Program-made: the position numbers and the translations under genes
The notes under the pieces: model-generated
Seen by the model: the letters and a program-made list of their open reading frames with translations, nothing else
Databases searched by the model: none
What the model was told of the DNA's origin: nothing
Assembly (NCBI GenBank): GCA_964016885.1
Contig: OZ024760.1
Span: 7,626,001 to 7,690,000, forward strand
Source: Eledone cirrhosa
Lineage: Eukaryota
Length of the DNA: 64,000 nucleotides
Reading direction: 5' to 3'
In this document: piece by piece, positions 52,451 through 63,579 of the stretch
Layout: each line of letters opens with the position of its first letter
Numbering within the stretch: the stretch's first letter is position 1

Positions 52451-53180
52451 TTTACCTCCTACAAAATTCAACAATATAAAGACAAATATTCCTGATCCTA
52501 TTCTCATCCAGATCAATAATGTTAAAAACATGCCATTATTTTAATTATTGTTTTCATGTTTGCTCATATATACTCATGTAAAAGTCACATCTCCATTTTA
52601 CATCCAGTATTTACAATGTATTATATTTTGAATTAAGGTTTTGTAGATCCAGTTGGTAAGTCACATAATGGGCTTTTCACATATTTTTCATGGAAAATGG
52701 TGAAGCTTACACACAAGTGAAGATGTGGGACCTCGTGGTTGGTGTTGGGCACATGATTACATGGTTGTAGTTTCAATTCCTGGATCAGAGAGCATCTTGT
52801 GTCCTTGAGCAAGACACTTCATTTCACATGGCTTCACATGATAGGACTGTTGTCCCTAACATTAAAACACCCAAGAAAACAGATGCAATCTTGTGGAAGC
52901 CTAGCTAAACCTGCATTAGATAGGATCAGTGCTCCTGTCATTAAAACACCTAAAGAACTTCAATTCATGTTGATTTCCATTATATGACTGGGAACCCTCT
53001 CATTAAAACACTGCCATATAAACTTTTATCTGTAATATGTTGATGTCAGTTTATGTTTTGTACAACCCTAAGCATTTTAGTGTATGCACTGTCTAGTTTC
53101 TTGGGCTTGTGTCCATGTACCTGATCCATACAACAACACTGACTCAACAGATGGTATTAGTTCCTTTCAAAAGTACTTAC

Positions 53181-53259
53181 CTCAGCCAAATGTGTAAGCC
53201 TAGATATGAGACTTTGCTTCTTCTCCACACCCAACCTGGTAATGAAGTTGGAACGTTTT
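53181..53259 (-). CDS. HUWE1: HUWE1 exon 5
   Basis: KRSNFITRLGVEKKQSLISRLTHLAE. Confidence 0.93.
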
Positions 53260-53871
53260 CTAGAAAACAAATTAAAAAAGGAAAAACAGGTTACTATAAA
53301 AATAGTTTTAACTAGAAATCAATAGATTAGCAAATATATTTATTCAGAAAGTGTTCCATCTGTTACACCCCAGTGTTTGTGTTTCATGTATTTAGGACAA
53401 CAGAATACCAAAAATGGCAATGGCATCCAAAGAGTTAAATACAGTTCATGAACTGAGGTTCCACTGTGCTTAAATAAATCTCTCCAAATTCAATAATTTT
53501 CAAAATAAATGGGAACAGAAAGTGTATTTTCTCTAGAACTGTCCCCACAGAAGGATTAGCAATCAATTTATCATCTAAATATATGTAAATGAGACTTTAT
53601 TACCTTACGCCATTAACAAAATACTCATAACTCCCACTAAACCAACCCCCAACTTCCACTCATAACCTTACTCAACTATAAATTCCTCCAAACTGACTGA
53701 CAAGACAATAAACCCTAAAACATTTAGTCTAATGCTGTGATGCTGTGCACCAGTTTATTTAGCTAAATAAAACTACTATTTAAGAGATTCAGAAAAGGGA
53801 GAAACTGCTCTAAGAGAGAGAGAGAGAAAGAAGGGGGTCAGGGGGTTGTTAACAGCAAAGTTTTTACTCAC

Positions 53872-54032
53872 CCAAAGACATACAGCAGATTAAGTACAGC
53901 AAGGACTACTGTCATATCACATGACGAAAGTAGTATGGTTAAATACTCCGTCGAATTGTACAGATGCCGGGAGAAGCTGTGTTCTATTAGCAGGGCAGTA
54001 AACTGTAGCACCTGGAGTAGCAGATCCTTCAG
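53872..54032 (-). CDS. HUWE1: HUWE1 exon 4
   Basis: [53 protein letters not shown](G). Confidence 0.94.
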
Positions 54033-54110
54033 CTAAAATAAAATAAAAGAAAGTTTTTTTAAATTCAGAAAACAAATAGAAATATAAACATACTAATTTC
54101 TTTACATTAT

Positions 54111-54198
<88 letters not shown>

Positions 54199-54328
54199 AT
54201 GAGTTATTTGGTTTGTTGATTGTTCAACAAAGTTAATTTGCAACAAATTAGAAGCACTCAACGGTTTTTTTTTTATCCGGGATATCAATAATATTAATAA
54301 ATGGAAAATATCTTTATAAAACCATATC

Positions 54329-54383
54329 TATTTTATTATACGTATTTCAAGGGTATTTTAGTACGCTTTCGTCAGATAAAATA
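54329..54383 (-). ncRNA. Minimal type-I hammerhead ribozyme motif, inverted copy
   Basis: tattttat-CTGACGA-aagcgta/taccctt-GAA-ATACGTAT-A-ataaaata on minus strand. Confidence 0.75.
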
Positions 54384-54496
54384 TAATAATTGGTGTAAAA
54401 TGTGAACTTCATGTTATAAGTTCAGTGAAGATAGTCACTGAACTTATAACATGAACTTCACATAAAGATATGTCTCTATCTTTACACCAATTATTA

Positions 54497-54557
54497 TATT
54501 TTATCTGACGAAAACGTACTAAAATATTAGTACCCTTGAAATACGTATAATAAAATA
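54497..54557 (+). ncRNA. Minimal type-I hammerhead ribozyme motif (Penelope-like)
   Basis: tattttat-CTGACGA-stem II-GAA-ATACGTAT(palindromic stem III)-A-ataaaata. Confidence 0.75.
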
Positions 54558-56536
54558 AATATGGTTTTATAAAGATATTTTCCATTTATTAATATTATTG
54601 ATTATTTATATATATAGTGTCTATGATTCAGTGAATTACTAGTGATTGTACCAAAACGACCTCTCGCTGAACAGGCATCATCATCATCATCGATTAATGT
54701 CCATTTTCCTTGCTAACATCTGTTAGACAGGTCGCAGTTAGAGGCAAGTTGGTTCAGGCGACTCATATATTGATGTTTCTGGTTGGTTTTCTACGGCTGG
54801 ATGCCCTTCCTAACGCCAAAATGTTAAGAGGCAGTGTTGTATATCATCATCACCGTTTTACGTCTATTCTTCCATGCTAGCATGGGTTAGACGGGCTGTA
54901 CTGTTGTGGGCAGTGCCCGGCCAGGTGACCTTGTCTTGCTCATACGGAAACTAATTTTGGCTTGATTTCTACAGCTGGATGTCCTTCCTGACACCAACCT
55001 CATTAACAGTGGGTGCTGGGTGCTTTTTCGTCGTGACACCTCCACGAAAACTCTGCAGTGAGAGGGGGCATATTGTCTATATGCTTCAGCTATATAAGTG
55101 TGTGTGCGTGTATTAGAATAGACTAAAATAAAATAATTTCAGTCGTATTACACCTTAAATAGCTCAAATACTATATAGGCTAAAAACTATAATTTGATAA
55201 TTTGTAGAGCTGCATTTTTTTCAAAATTGTATTTAGGAGTAAAAAATTTAAGCAAGCATTACAAGCAAAAATTACATTTTAAAATATAAAATACAATTTC
55301 ATCTACAAATCCGGACTTGTACCGCAAGTTCGTTCCGGCAAAGAAATAGATATTAATTGATAAATTAAGATGCAGTAAACTTATCAGTAAGCAATGTCTT
55401 AGAATTCCTTATGACTTTTACAAGAAAATTCAAGTTAACTACACATCCACCCCTTCAGCCACAAACATACTCCTAAAAAGGCACCTACCACATTTTTTTT
55501 ACGATAGTGGCATTAAAGCCACTACACATACACTAGCACACCAATAGAAAAATATCAATACCTATTTGCACATGGACAGCGCCTGCAACCCCCCTTTGCA
55601 ACATACGTACTTACCTAAGAAAAACATAGGCCCATTACATTGCATAATAAATAGTAATTACCCACTCCACTATAAATATATGAAATATAATCACCACCAC
55701 AAACTCAGTAGTACCACGAAACTTGGATGATATCTTAAGAAAATCAAATCTATACTCCTAACGGTAATTCATAGGGACTATTAGAGTAGTTATAGTAAAT
55801 AAATTCCACTAGATTTTACTTTAATAGCACCGGTTAGTAAGCTGAATATGTATACTCATTTTTCATTATACTAAGCATTTTTATTTTAATTTTAGTTTGT
55901 TTTTTTAAATTCATTTTAATAGGCATTTTATTATTGATTTCATCATTGCAATCCTTATTTACTTTATTTACTTTTTCTTTTAATATATTTCTGTACAAAT
56001 TTTAGTTTTTCTCTAAAAATATGAATTATGAAGAAAGTCCAGGATCAGCTTATTTAAATAATATCCAAATTCCTCACTTTAGTAAACCTTGTAAACTAAC
56101 ATATATCGTTGCCTTATCAAGTGTGTGTGTATGTATGCTGTTGAATTGGCTAGCTGTTCCTGGTTTTCTTCAGATAAGAAATTAGCCATCACTTAGTTCA
56201 CAAATATGCCTACCATTCAGTAAACTCGTATTATTCTTTGATGAAGGTGATTTGCTGCCAGGACTGACGCCAATTCTATAAATCTAGTCTGAAAGTTGCA
56301 ATAAATATGCCTGGGAGCACGCACACACATACCTTAATATATTTTCTCAAATATATTTGTGCCCCCTGCCCACAATTATTCTATCTAAAGCTGAAGAGGC
56401 AGATACACCCGAACACACATACAGACACACACACACATACATACATATAAACACTCACTAAGACATATCTATACAACAAGCACTCCCTCAACAAAAAAAC
56501 ACTTGAGAAAAAATTTTTACCACTGGATAAACAATG

Positions 56537-56626
56537 CCCCCTGATGAGACAGCCAGTTAACCGCCAATGCATTCAGCAATCAGTCTGAAATTAGTTGTTG
56601 AAATGGCAAGAGCCCAGCCGTTGGGG
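56537..56626 (+). ncRNA. Type-I hammerhead ribozyme motif
   Basis: cccc-CTGATGA-gacagc...gttgtt-GAA-ATGGC/GCCGT-T-gggg. Confidence 0.65.
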
Positions 56627-57227
56627 TCCTGATTATAGTATAACCATACTCTACTGCTCCAAGTATTGAGTACTCTGGTGAGTAATGGTCTAACCAGTTT
56701 CAAACTTAATCCGACCTGATTTTTTTTACAACTGGATGCCCTTCCTAACACCAACCACATTTAAAATGTGGAACTAGATATATCTATGTATGTGTGTACA
56801 TATACACACACACACACACACACAGTGTGCCATTAAATGTATACACAGTTCAGAAAAATAAAAATGTTGATAAATATTTTAATACTAATTTACCACAGTA
56901 CACAGTATTATTGTAATTTGATCAACATTTTTAAAGGGGTACTTATATTTATATATAGAGAGGTATTTAACCCTTTAGCATTTACATTTCTCTAAATTTA
57001 CAATATTTTCACAATCAAGACTTTACCTCACATAATATCGAATCTATGAGATTTTGATAATTACTTTGAGAACAATACCTTAACATAAGTATGAGCAGCC
57101 AGTTATTTTTCCATCCTCTTCAGTGTGTACGGAGAACATATGGTAAATTCCCTCACCCCCAGTTATGCTCCCCATTCCACCCAGATTACCTAAAGACAAG
57201 ATTAGCCTCTGTCCAGGGGCCACTTAC

Positions 57228-57347
57228 CTTTTCATTGCCCAAAACATCACAAGCAAATGTCCATTTGTTGGAAGAATGGCTCTGGCATGCTTTCTCCAAG
57301 ATTTCATCAAATTTATCCAAAACATCTACCCAATGGTAGAGTTCACA
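57228..57347 (-). CDS. HUWE1: HUWE1 exon 3
   Basis: CELYHWVDVLDKFDEILEKACQSHSSNKWTFACDVLGNEK. Confidence 0.94.
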
Positions 57348-57482
57348 CTGTAAAATATAAAATTTATAGTAAACAAATTTAATTAATCTAAGACAATGTG
57401 TGTGTGTATATACGCACACACTCAGACACATACATACATTCACATACAAATATATACATACACATACATATATACACACACA

Positions 57483-58730
57483 CAGGGTGTTCGGGCTAAA
57501 TTTGACATTTTTTTTTTGTGTTTTTTTTTTTTAAAGTAAAAAAGTGAACATCGCTGCCAAAAATAAATTTATTGGAAAAATAGAAAATGGCATAAAGATT
57601 AAAACAATCAAAAGAAAATTCACTCAAAGAAGCCACCCTCAGCATCCACTATGCCTCGATCCAGCACATGCGGCCTTCATAATCCTGTCGATCAGCTGAG
57701 TCTTGGTGTTACAGGCAGTGCGGATGGCGTCTTTCTCAACCCACATAATAATCCATAGGATTGCAATCAGGGGAGTTAAGGGGCCAAATGTTGGGGCTGG
57801 TGAAGTCATAAAAATTCTGACAACTACATCTGAGTCTACTCAGAGGTGTGACAGGGAGCTTAAACCTGCCACTCAGTCTTCCAGAAGCCACCCTCTCCAA
57901 CCAAGGCTTAAACACGGTAATCAGCAACTCCACATAGCCAGACGAATTGAGCCCGAGACGCTGTTCAAAGATGCGTGGTGGCATGACGTCACCTTCACTG
58001 GAGACTTATCCAAAAACTATTACAGTTTGGTGAAACTTGGTCTTCATTACACAAGGAACATCATATGGATTGTAGACAAACCATCTGTTCTGAGTGTTGT
58101 CTAACTGGCCCTGACAAAAATTCTTTTCATCAGAGAAGATCCAGATTCTCCCTGGTTCAACAGGAGGTTTCACTTTGGTCAGGAGCTTCTTTGCTTTGTC
58201 AGATTGTTTTCTTGAGCCTTTTCTGTCAGAAGTTGGCTATTAAGCCTTCTTGTATGAGTGGTAGTGGAAGTCCTCATTCAATGCCAACTTCATGGTGGAA
58301 GCTGCAAACACCCATTTTCCATGCTAAAGCGTTAATTAATCCTCTTGACTAGGTGTTCCATCACTTTCTCCTGCAGTTGTTGGATAAATTCTGGTGTATA
58401 GAGGCAATCAGAACGTCTACTGTGTTCTTTCTTACAAGCCATGGCCTCTTAGTCTCTGTTGCATCTTTCATTGAACGTCATATTGCTTTCACAGTGTTCA
58501 AAGAGCATTGATTGTGGAATTTTGATGCTCGGCAAGAATCATCATGGTACAGGTTACCTTTTTCCAGTATTTTTCCACAAGTGGTTTCCACTTGTCCACC
58601 TCAGTTAATTTTGACATCTTTAAAACTGTAGTGATTAAAGTTTTACAATGCCGTTCAATTTCCAGATACAAGGTTATACCGGAAAAAGAAATTAAAGAAT
58701 TAGACTATCAAATTTATCCCGAACACCCTG
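57483..58730 (-). mobile_element. Decayed Tc1/mariner-superfamily DNA transposon, maT/DD37D-like
   Basis: TIRs CAGGGTGTTCGGGCTAAATTTGA / TCAAATTTATCCCGAACACCCTG, TA on the right; broken transposase with FSDEKNF and WPLNSPDCNPMDYYV motifs. Confidence 0.85.
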
Positions 58731-59076
58731 TATATATAGATACATGTAAAGACTCTTTTCCTACTATATTAAGCATTAAACTAATATATTTCTTCATTGT
58801 ACTCAACTGATGGTTTTGTTGTTTCTGTCTACTTTTTGATACATGTGTGTGTGTGTGGTAAAAATACAGCAAACAATAGGGTACAACGAATATATATATA
58901 TTAGTTTAACACTTGTTAAACTAGGAAAAGATTGATATTCTGTTATCAAAAGTAAAAATCTGAGTGAAAGGAAGCTAGACAGTATATTTTGTCATTCAAA
59001 TTTTTAATATTTTTAAGACAAAGCTTAAACAGTTGGAGAAAAAACAATATTTCAATGGAAATATAGTACACTTTAC

Positions 59077-59175
59077 CTTCCCATAAGTCCATGACTTTAT
59101 ATGGGTCAGCTCACTGAATAGTTCATCTTCAGAACAATTCTTTAATCTCTCTATTAGTGCCTTACAGTCAGCAGG
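59077..59175 (-). CDS. HUWE1: HUWE1 exon 2
   Basis: PADCKALIERLKNCSEDELFSELTHIKSWTYGK, AG/GT flanks. Confidence 0.93.
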
Positions 59176-59356
59176 CTAAAAAAGAAAGAGAAATGAAAAA
59201 AAATGAGAAATGGTTAGAATATTATTGAGCTATTATGTGTATCCTGGTTTTTAAAATAGTTTGTCTGTTTCAAGCCAAAGGGTATGTATGTATGCATATA
59301 TATATATATATATATAGAAATCACATGAATCAAAGTTCTGTTCAAACCATTTATTA

Positions 59357-59401
59357 GCTTACAATTGTTTCATCCAAACCGAGGTTTGGAGTCTTCGGAG
59401 C
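59357..59401 (-). ncRNA. Minimal hammerhead motif with U4C core change
   Basis: gct-CCGAAGA-c tccaaacc/ggtttgga t-GAA-ACAATTGT(palindrome)-A-agc. Confidence 0.6.
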
Positions 59402-59708
59402 AATTTTTCAATGTTTGTTTACATACATGACCTCCTTTCCAACACAAGAGACATACAGATACATATGTATATATCGATGCACAGTGGGGTGACATCCATT
59501 ATAATATTTTTGCATGGCAATTTAAATTCAAAAATTAAAATCATTAAAACAGAATCAAAGCAAAATTAAAGTTAAAATAAAACATTGAGCTATTTATCTT
59601 ACTCGTAATAAGGTAGTAATAAATTACTGTCTTTCACTGTTTAGGGTTTAAAATATATATAACTATAAAAAGTTTTAGTATATACATAACCATAAATAGT
59701 ATCCTTAA

Positions 59709-59765
<57 letters not shown>

Positions 59766-59766
<1 letters not shown>

Positions 59767-59954
59767 CGAAGGAAATGTGGTAAGGAACCAGGTGGACCAT
59801 AACGCACCAAAGTACTCAATACTTAGGGTAGTAGAGTGGGTAATAGGAACAAGTAAGACCCCGACGGCTGAGCTCAAGCCGTTTCGACGGCTAATTCAGT
59901 ACAGAATTAGCCGTCGAAACGGCTTCAGCTCAGCCGTCGGGGTCTTACTTGTTC

Positions 59955-59957
<3 letters not shown>
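59766..59957. mobile_element. Fold-back insert between two (TA)n tracts, Penelope-like 3' fragment
   Basis: 112-nt GC-rich palindrome 59845-59956; long arm homologous to 56587-56700. Confidence 0.6.
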
Positions 59958-60010
<53 letters not shown>

Positions 60011-61951
60011 GTGGCCAGAAAAGTTAATTGGCTGGCTATGCAGGAGTGTTGCTAGAGCTGTGAAATCTTGCATGCATCAATTATAACTCTTAATAACTGG
60101 ATTGTTTCTTTCCAGAGACTATGTAGAAAAATAAACCTCATTTGGTCATTCCATGAGAGTATCTTGGTCAGCCGATGAACTGTTCATCCGACTATAATAC
60201 ACAGGACCCACCCACCTACCCCTTCACTTAAAACAATCCACAGACACACTACAAAAAAATGGAAGACTGTTCACACCTATGCAGGTTTAGCTTGCCTCCC
60301 ATGAGGTATTTCATACAAGTTTTCTTGGGTATTTTAATGACACGAGCCCCAGTCCTACTGAATGTTTGTTATTGTTATTCTTGAGGCGATGATGTCTACT
60401 ATCTCACCTGTTGGAATGTTTAACTAGTATTGTCAAACAGACATCAAGAGAGAGAGGGACAGAGTTGTGAAAATGAGTCATGTATGTTTGCTTATATAAG
60501 CACCTCTGTCTTTTCTATTTATAAACAACTTGTCAACTCTAAAACGTGACAATGCAGCAATGATCTGAAGATCCTACAACTCAAAACATAAAATAAACTT
60601 GTACAAAAAAAAGTTATACTTATATGTTGGGACTACAGTATTTGTAAATCTAAGTGAGGACATATCAGTTCAAAGTGGGCACATGCCAGATCAAAGTGAA
60701 AATAGTGATTTCTAAATGAGCATACACTTCAAAGTGAGAACAATGATTTCATAGTAAGCTAATGCCACTTAAAACAAACTTACTTGATTTAGCCAAAATC
60801 ACACAATGTCACATTAGAGAAAATGTAACATGGAAGACTAGACTTGGAAAATACAATATCAAAAACAAAAAGGAACGGAAAGACCACTCTTTGAATCAGT
60901 CGTGATCGATTGAATCAATTGACAAGATCCCAGGCCTGATTTGGTGGAACTTGTCAAATCAGACCAAGAAAACAGTTTCCATTGGTCTTTCCAATTGTTT
61001 ATACTATCTACTGGTCACAACTCCTGGCAGAAAGAGCAAAATGAAATTATGTATCTGGCTCAAGGACATAATGCATAACCTGGTCCGAGAATCGAACTTG
61101 CAACCTCACAATCATAAATCTAATTCTCTAACCACTAAGCCACACACCTTCTCAATCATAACTCATTTTCCAAGAAATGATTGATTGATAGTGTACAGAT
61201 TCCTTCTAAAATCCTTGAAAAAACGTATTTTGTTTAGGCACAGTGTGACACTTAGCATTTACATTACTCAATATATACTATTGTATTTTCACGGTAAACA
61301 CTTTATTTCACATAATACCGAATCTACAAGATTTTGATATTTATTTTGAAAACAATACTTTAACATCAGTATGAGCCAGCGGTTACAGCCAGTTTGAACA
61401 GAAAGAGGTGAGATAATGCTGGCCGGATATGGCCGGTTTAAATGCTAAAGGGTTAAGAATTAATTAAACTGCTTATTCTTTGAGCAGTGATTCTGTAATA
61501 CCTTATCAAATGAACATTAGACAAAATCTCAACATTGCTTGCACTCAACTACAACTTATTGTTACGATTACCATTGAAGAGCAGTAGATTGGCAATTATT
61601 GGTAGAGCGCTGAGATTAGCTTTGCCTTTCATTCTTACGGGGTCAATTTAATTGACAATTATTGTTATCATCGATCAGTGCCATTTGTTGTATTTACATT
61701 TGAAAATACAACCATATTACAACCATATGAGATTCTTGTCTAATTACCTGTCTAATGGATACTTATAATTAAACAGGTAAATTCACATTGTTGACATTAC
61801 AAATGATGTTTCAATGTTATTTCATGCTGTTTGTTCATCTCTCAAAATATCATAGCCTGATCTTTTTGTGTTAATCTCAATTTGAAATCGCTAGTCATAC
61901 TTTTAAAAATTCATCTCATTTTGAAATTGCTAGTCACATATTTTGAAATCC

Positions 61952-62165
61952 TTAACCCATTAGCATTTATATTATACCCTATAAATACTATTATATTTTC
62001 AAAGTAAAGGCTTTACCCCACATAATATCAAATCTATGAGATTTTGATATTTATTTTGAGGACAATACCTTAACATAGGTATGAGTGGCCGGTTACGGCC
62101 AGTTTGAAGAGAAAGTGGTAAGAGAATTCTGGCTCGATACGGGCGGTTTAAATGCTAAAGGGTTA
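61952..62165. mobile_element. TTAA-flanked piggyBac-type MITE family A (~210 bp; also ~5563-5774, 20477-20810, 26040-26214, 30530-30740, 34299-34527, 39985-40474, 46560-46774, 49486-49692, 56967-57100, 61250-61455)
   Basis: TIR TTAACCCTTTAGCATTTA...TAAATGCTAAAGGGTTAA, shared internal sequence. Confidence 0.85.
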
Positions 62166-62558
62166 GTCTCACTTTGAATTGGCAAATTTTACCAAGGAAA
62201 ATAAGAGTTGTTAAAACGTCAGTATGTTTTGCAGTATTCGTTTCGTCTCTGCTTTCTCGGGTTCAAATCCCACCAAAGTGAATTTTGCCTTTCATTCTTT
62301 CAATTTCTTCTATCCTTCTCCAAGAAATGCTGTATGCCACTACGGTACCCCTACGACTCCATCAGGTGTTAAAGGACCATACCATACCAAGGAAAACACT
62401 GACATTTGAAATGAGATGCTACAGAAAATTCATGGGCCTCTCCTACACACAACATCAATACATTGCATTTCCCTGATTCTCTTAACAGTTATTCAATATT
62501 TCTACTAAAAGTATATTTCATATACTTAAAAATCACCATATTTTGGGGGGGTTTATAA

Positions 62559-62930
62559 CAGCAGTCGCCAACCTTTCAAACCTCACAGACCACTAAATTC
62601 ATAATTAAAAATGCCCTGGACAACTAATATGAATTTTTTTAAAAGGGTAAATATTATTTGTAAAAAAAAAAATCAGAGAACTTCCATTTTATTAAACAAT
62701 ACTGAAACGTACGGGTGTCATATTGTCGATAGATGATACATATATGTAAAATTCTTTCATGTATGTTAGTTTGTTACTGAGGAGAAACATTTTTTTAGGA
62801 GTGTTATAAAATATATTTTAACCAAATATTATTTTTGCTTTATTATAAACAAAACACAAAAATTAAAAATGTCAAAAAAAATTTGCAGACCACCAAAATT
62901 TTCTCTCGGACAACCGGTTGGCACCTGCTG
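62559..62930. mobile_element. hAT-like MITE with 8-bp TSD
   Basis: CAGCAG...CTGCTG ends flanked by identical GTTTATAA (62551-58, 62931-38). Confidence 0.8.
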
Positions 62931-63316
62931 GTTTATAAGATACACTTTTTTTTTTAATTTCAAAATCCTCTTGTGTCCTATACATCCAATAAAAATATTA
63001 CATACAACTTTTTCTCAAAAGTATAGATAGAGCTTATATAAATGCGAGGATAGACTGAAAAGTTCATAGACTGACTATGATGGAGTGATGCTAGTGTTGT
63101 GAAATCTTGCAAGCATTAATTTCAACTCTTAATAACTGCATTGTTTCTTTCCAGAGACTATGTTGAAAAATAAACTTTATTAGGTCATTCCATCAGAGTA
63201 TCTTGGTCAGCCTACAAACTTTTCAGTGAACCCTAGTACATTTATGATGTATCTTATACACCTCCATGCACCCAAAAAAATACAGTAATCTTTTTTTTAA
63301 AAAAAGTTTTTCTTAC

Positions 63317-63361
63317 CACGTCTGTTGATGACTTTTTCAACTTGGTCCTATCAATTTTCAT
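63317..63361 (-). CDS. HUWE1: HUWE1 coding exon 1 (exon incl. 5'UTR extends to 63405)
   Basis: MKIDRTKLKKSSTDV then GTAAG; acceptor ttttag at 63406-7. Confidence 0.93.
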
Positions 63362-63399
63362 GTTGAATCGACAGTTTGATCTTCAATCATTTGATTCAT
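63358..63399 (-). promoter_or_regulatory. 13-codon uORF (MNQMIEDQTVDST*) whose TGA overlaps the HUWE1 ATG
   Basis: ATG AAT CAA ATG ATT GAA GAT CAA ACT GTC GAT TCA ACA TGA; the ACATGAAA junction contains both the stop and the main ATG. Confidence 0.7.
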
Positions 63400-63579
63400 G
63401 TGTTTCTAAAAACAAAACAACACAGTTTAGTTTTATAAGACAGAACAGAAACAGAAAGAAAATATATTTAGCTCACTGATTCCCAACGTGGGGTGCACAC
63501 CCCATGGGGGAGCAATTTGAAAATGTTAATGAGAAACACTTAAGGTTTTACTTTATTACTTTTACACCAAGAAAACTTT

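Larger units (their letters stand above)
54193..54606. mobile_element. Fold-back (head-to-head) hammerhead-bearing insert in a TA tract, Penelope-like
   Basis: ~150-bp inverted arms 54284-54602, 6-nt loop, one hammerhead per arm, flanked by (TA)n. Confidence 0.6.
1037..63405 (-). other. HUWE1: HUWE1 gene body, 5' part (50 coding exons, 7419 nt, 2473 aa; continues beyond position 1; upstream UTR exon/promoter not in window)
   Basis: Spliced exons give one uninterrupted frame colinear with human HUWE1 as recalled (MKIDRTKLKK..., [56 protein letters not shown]); all introns GT-AG with matching phases. Confidence 0.97.

Noticed and set aside
56225-56310. Possible extra hammerhead TTGATGA...agtctGAAA
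   Set aside because: C3 changed and stems inconsistent
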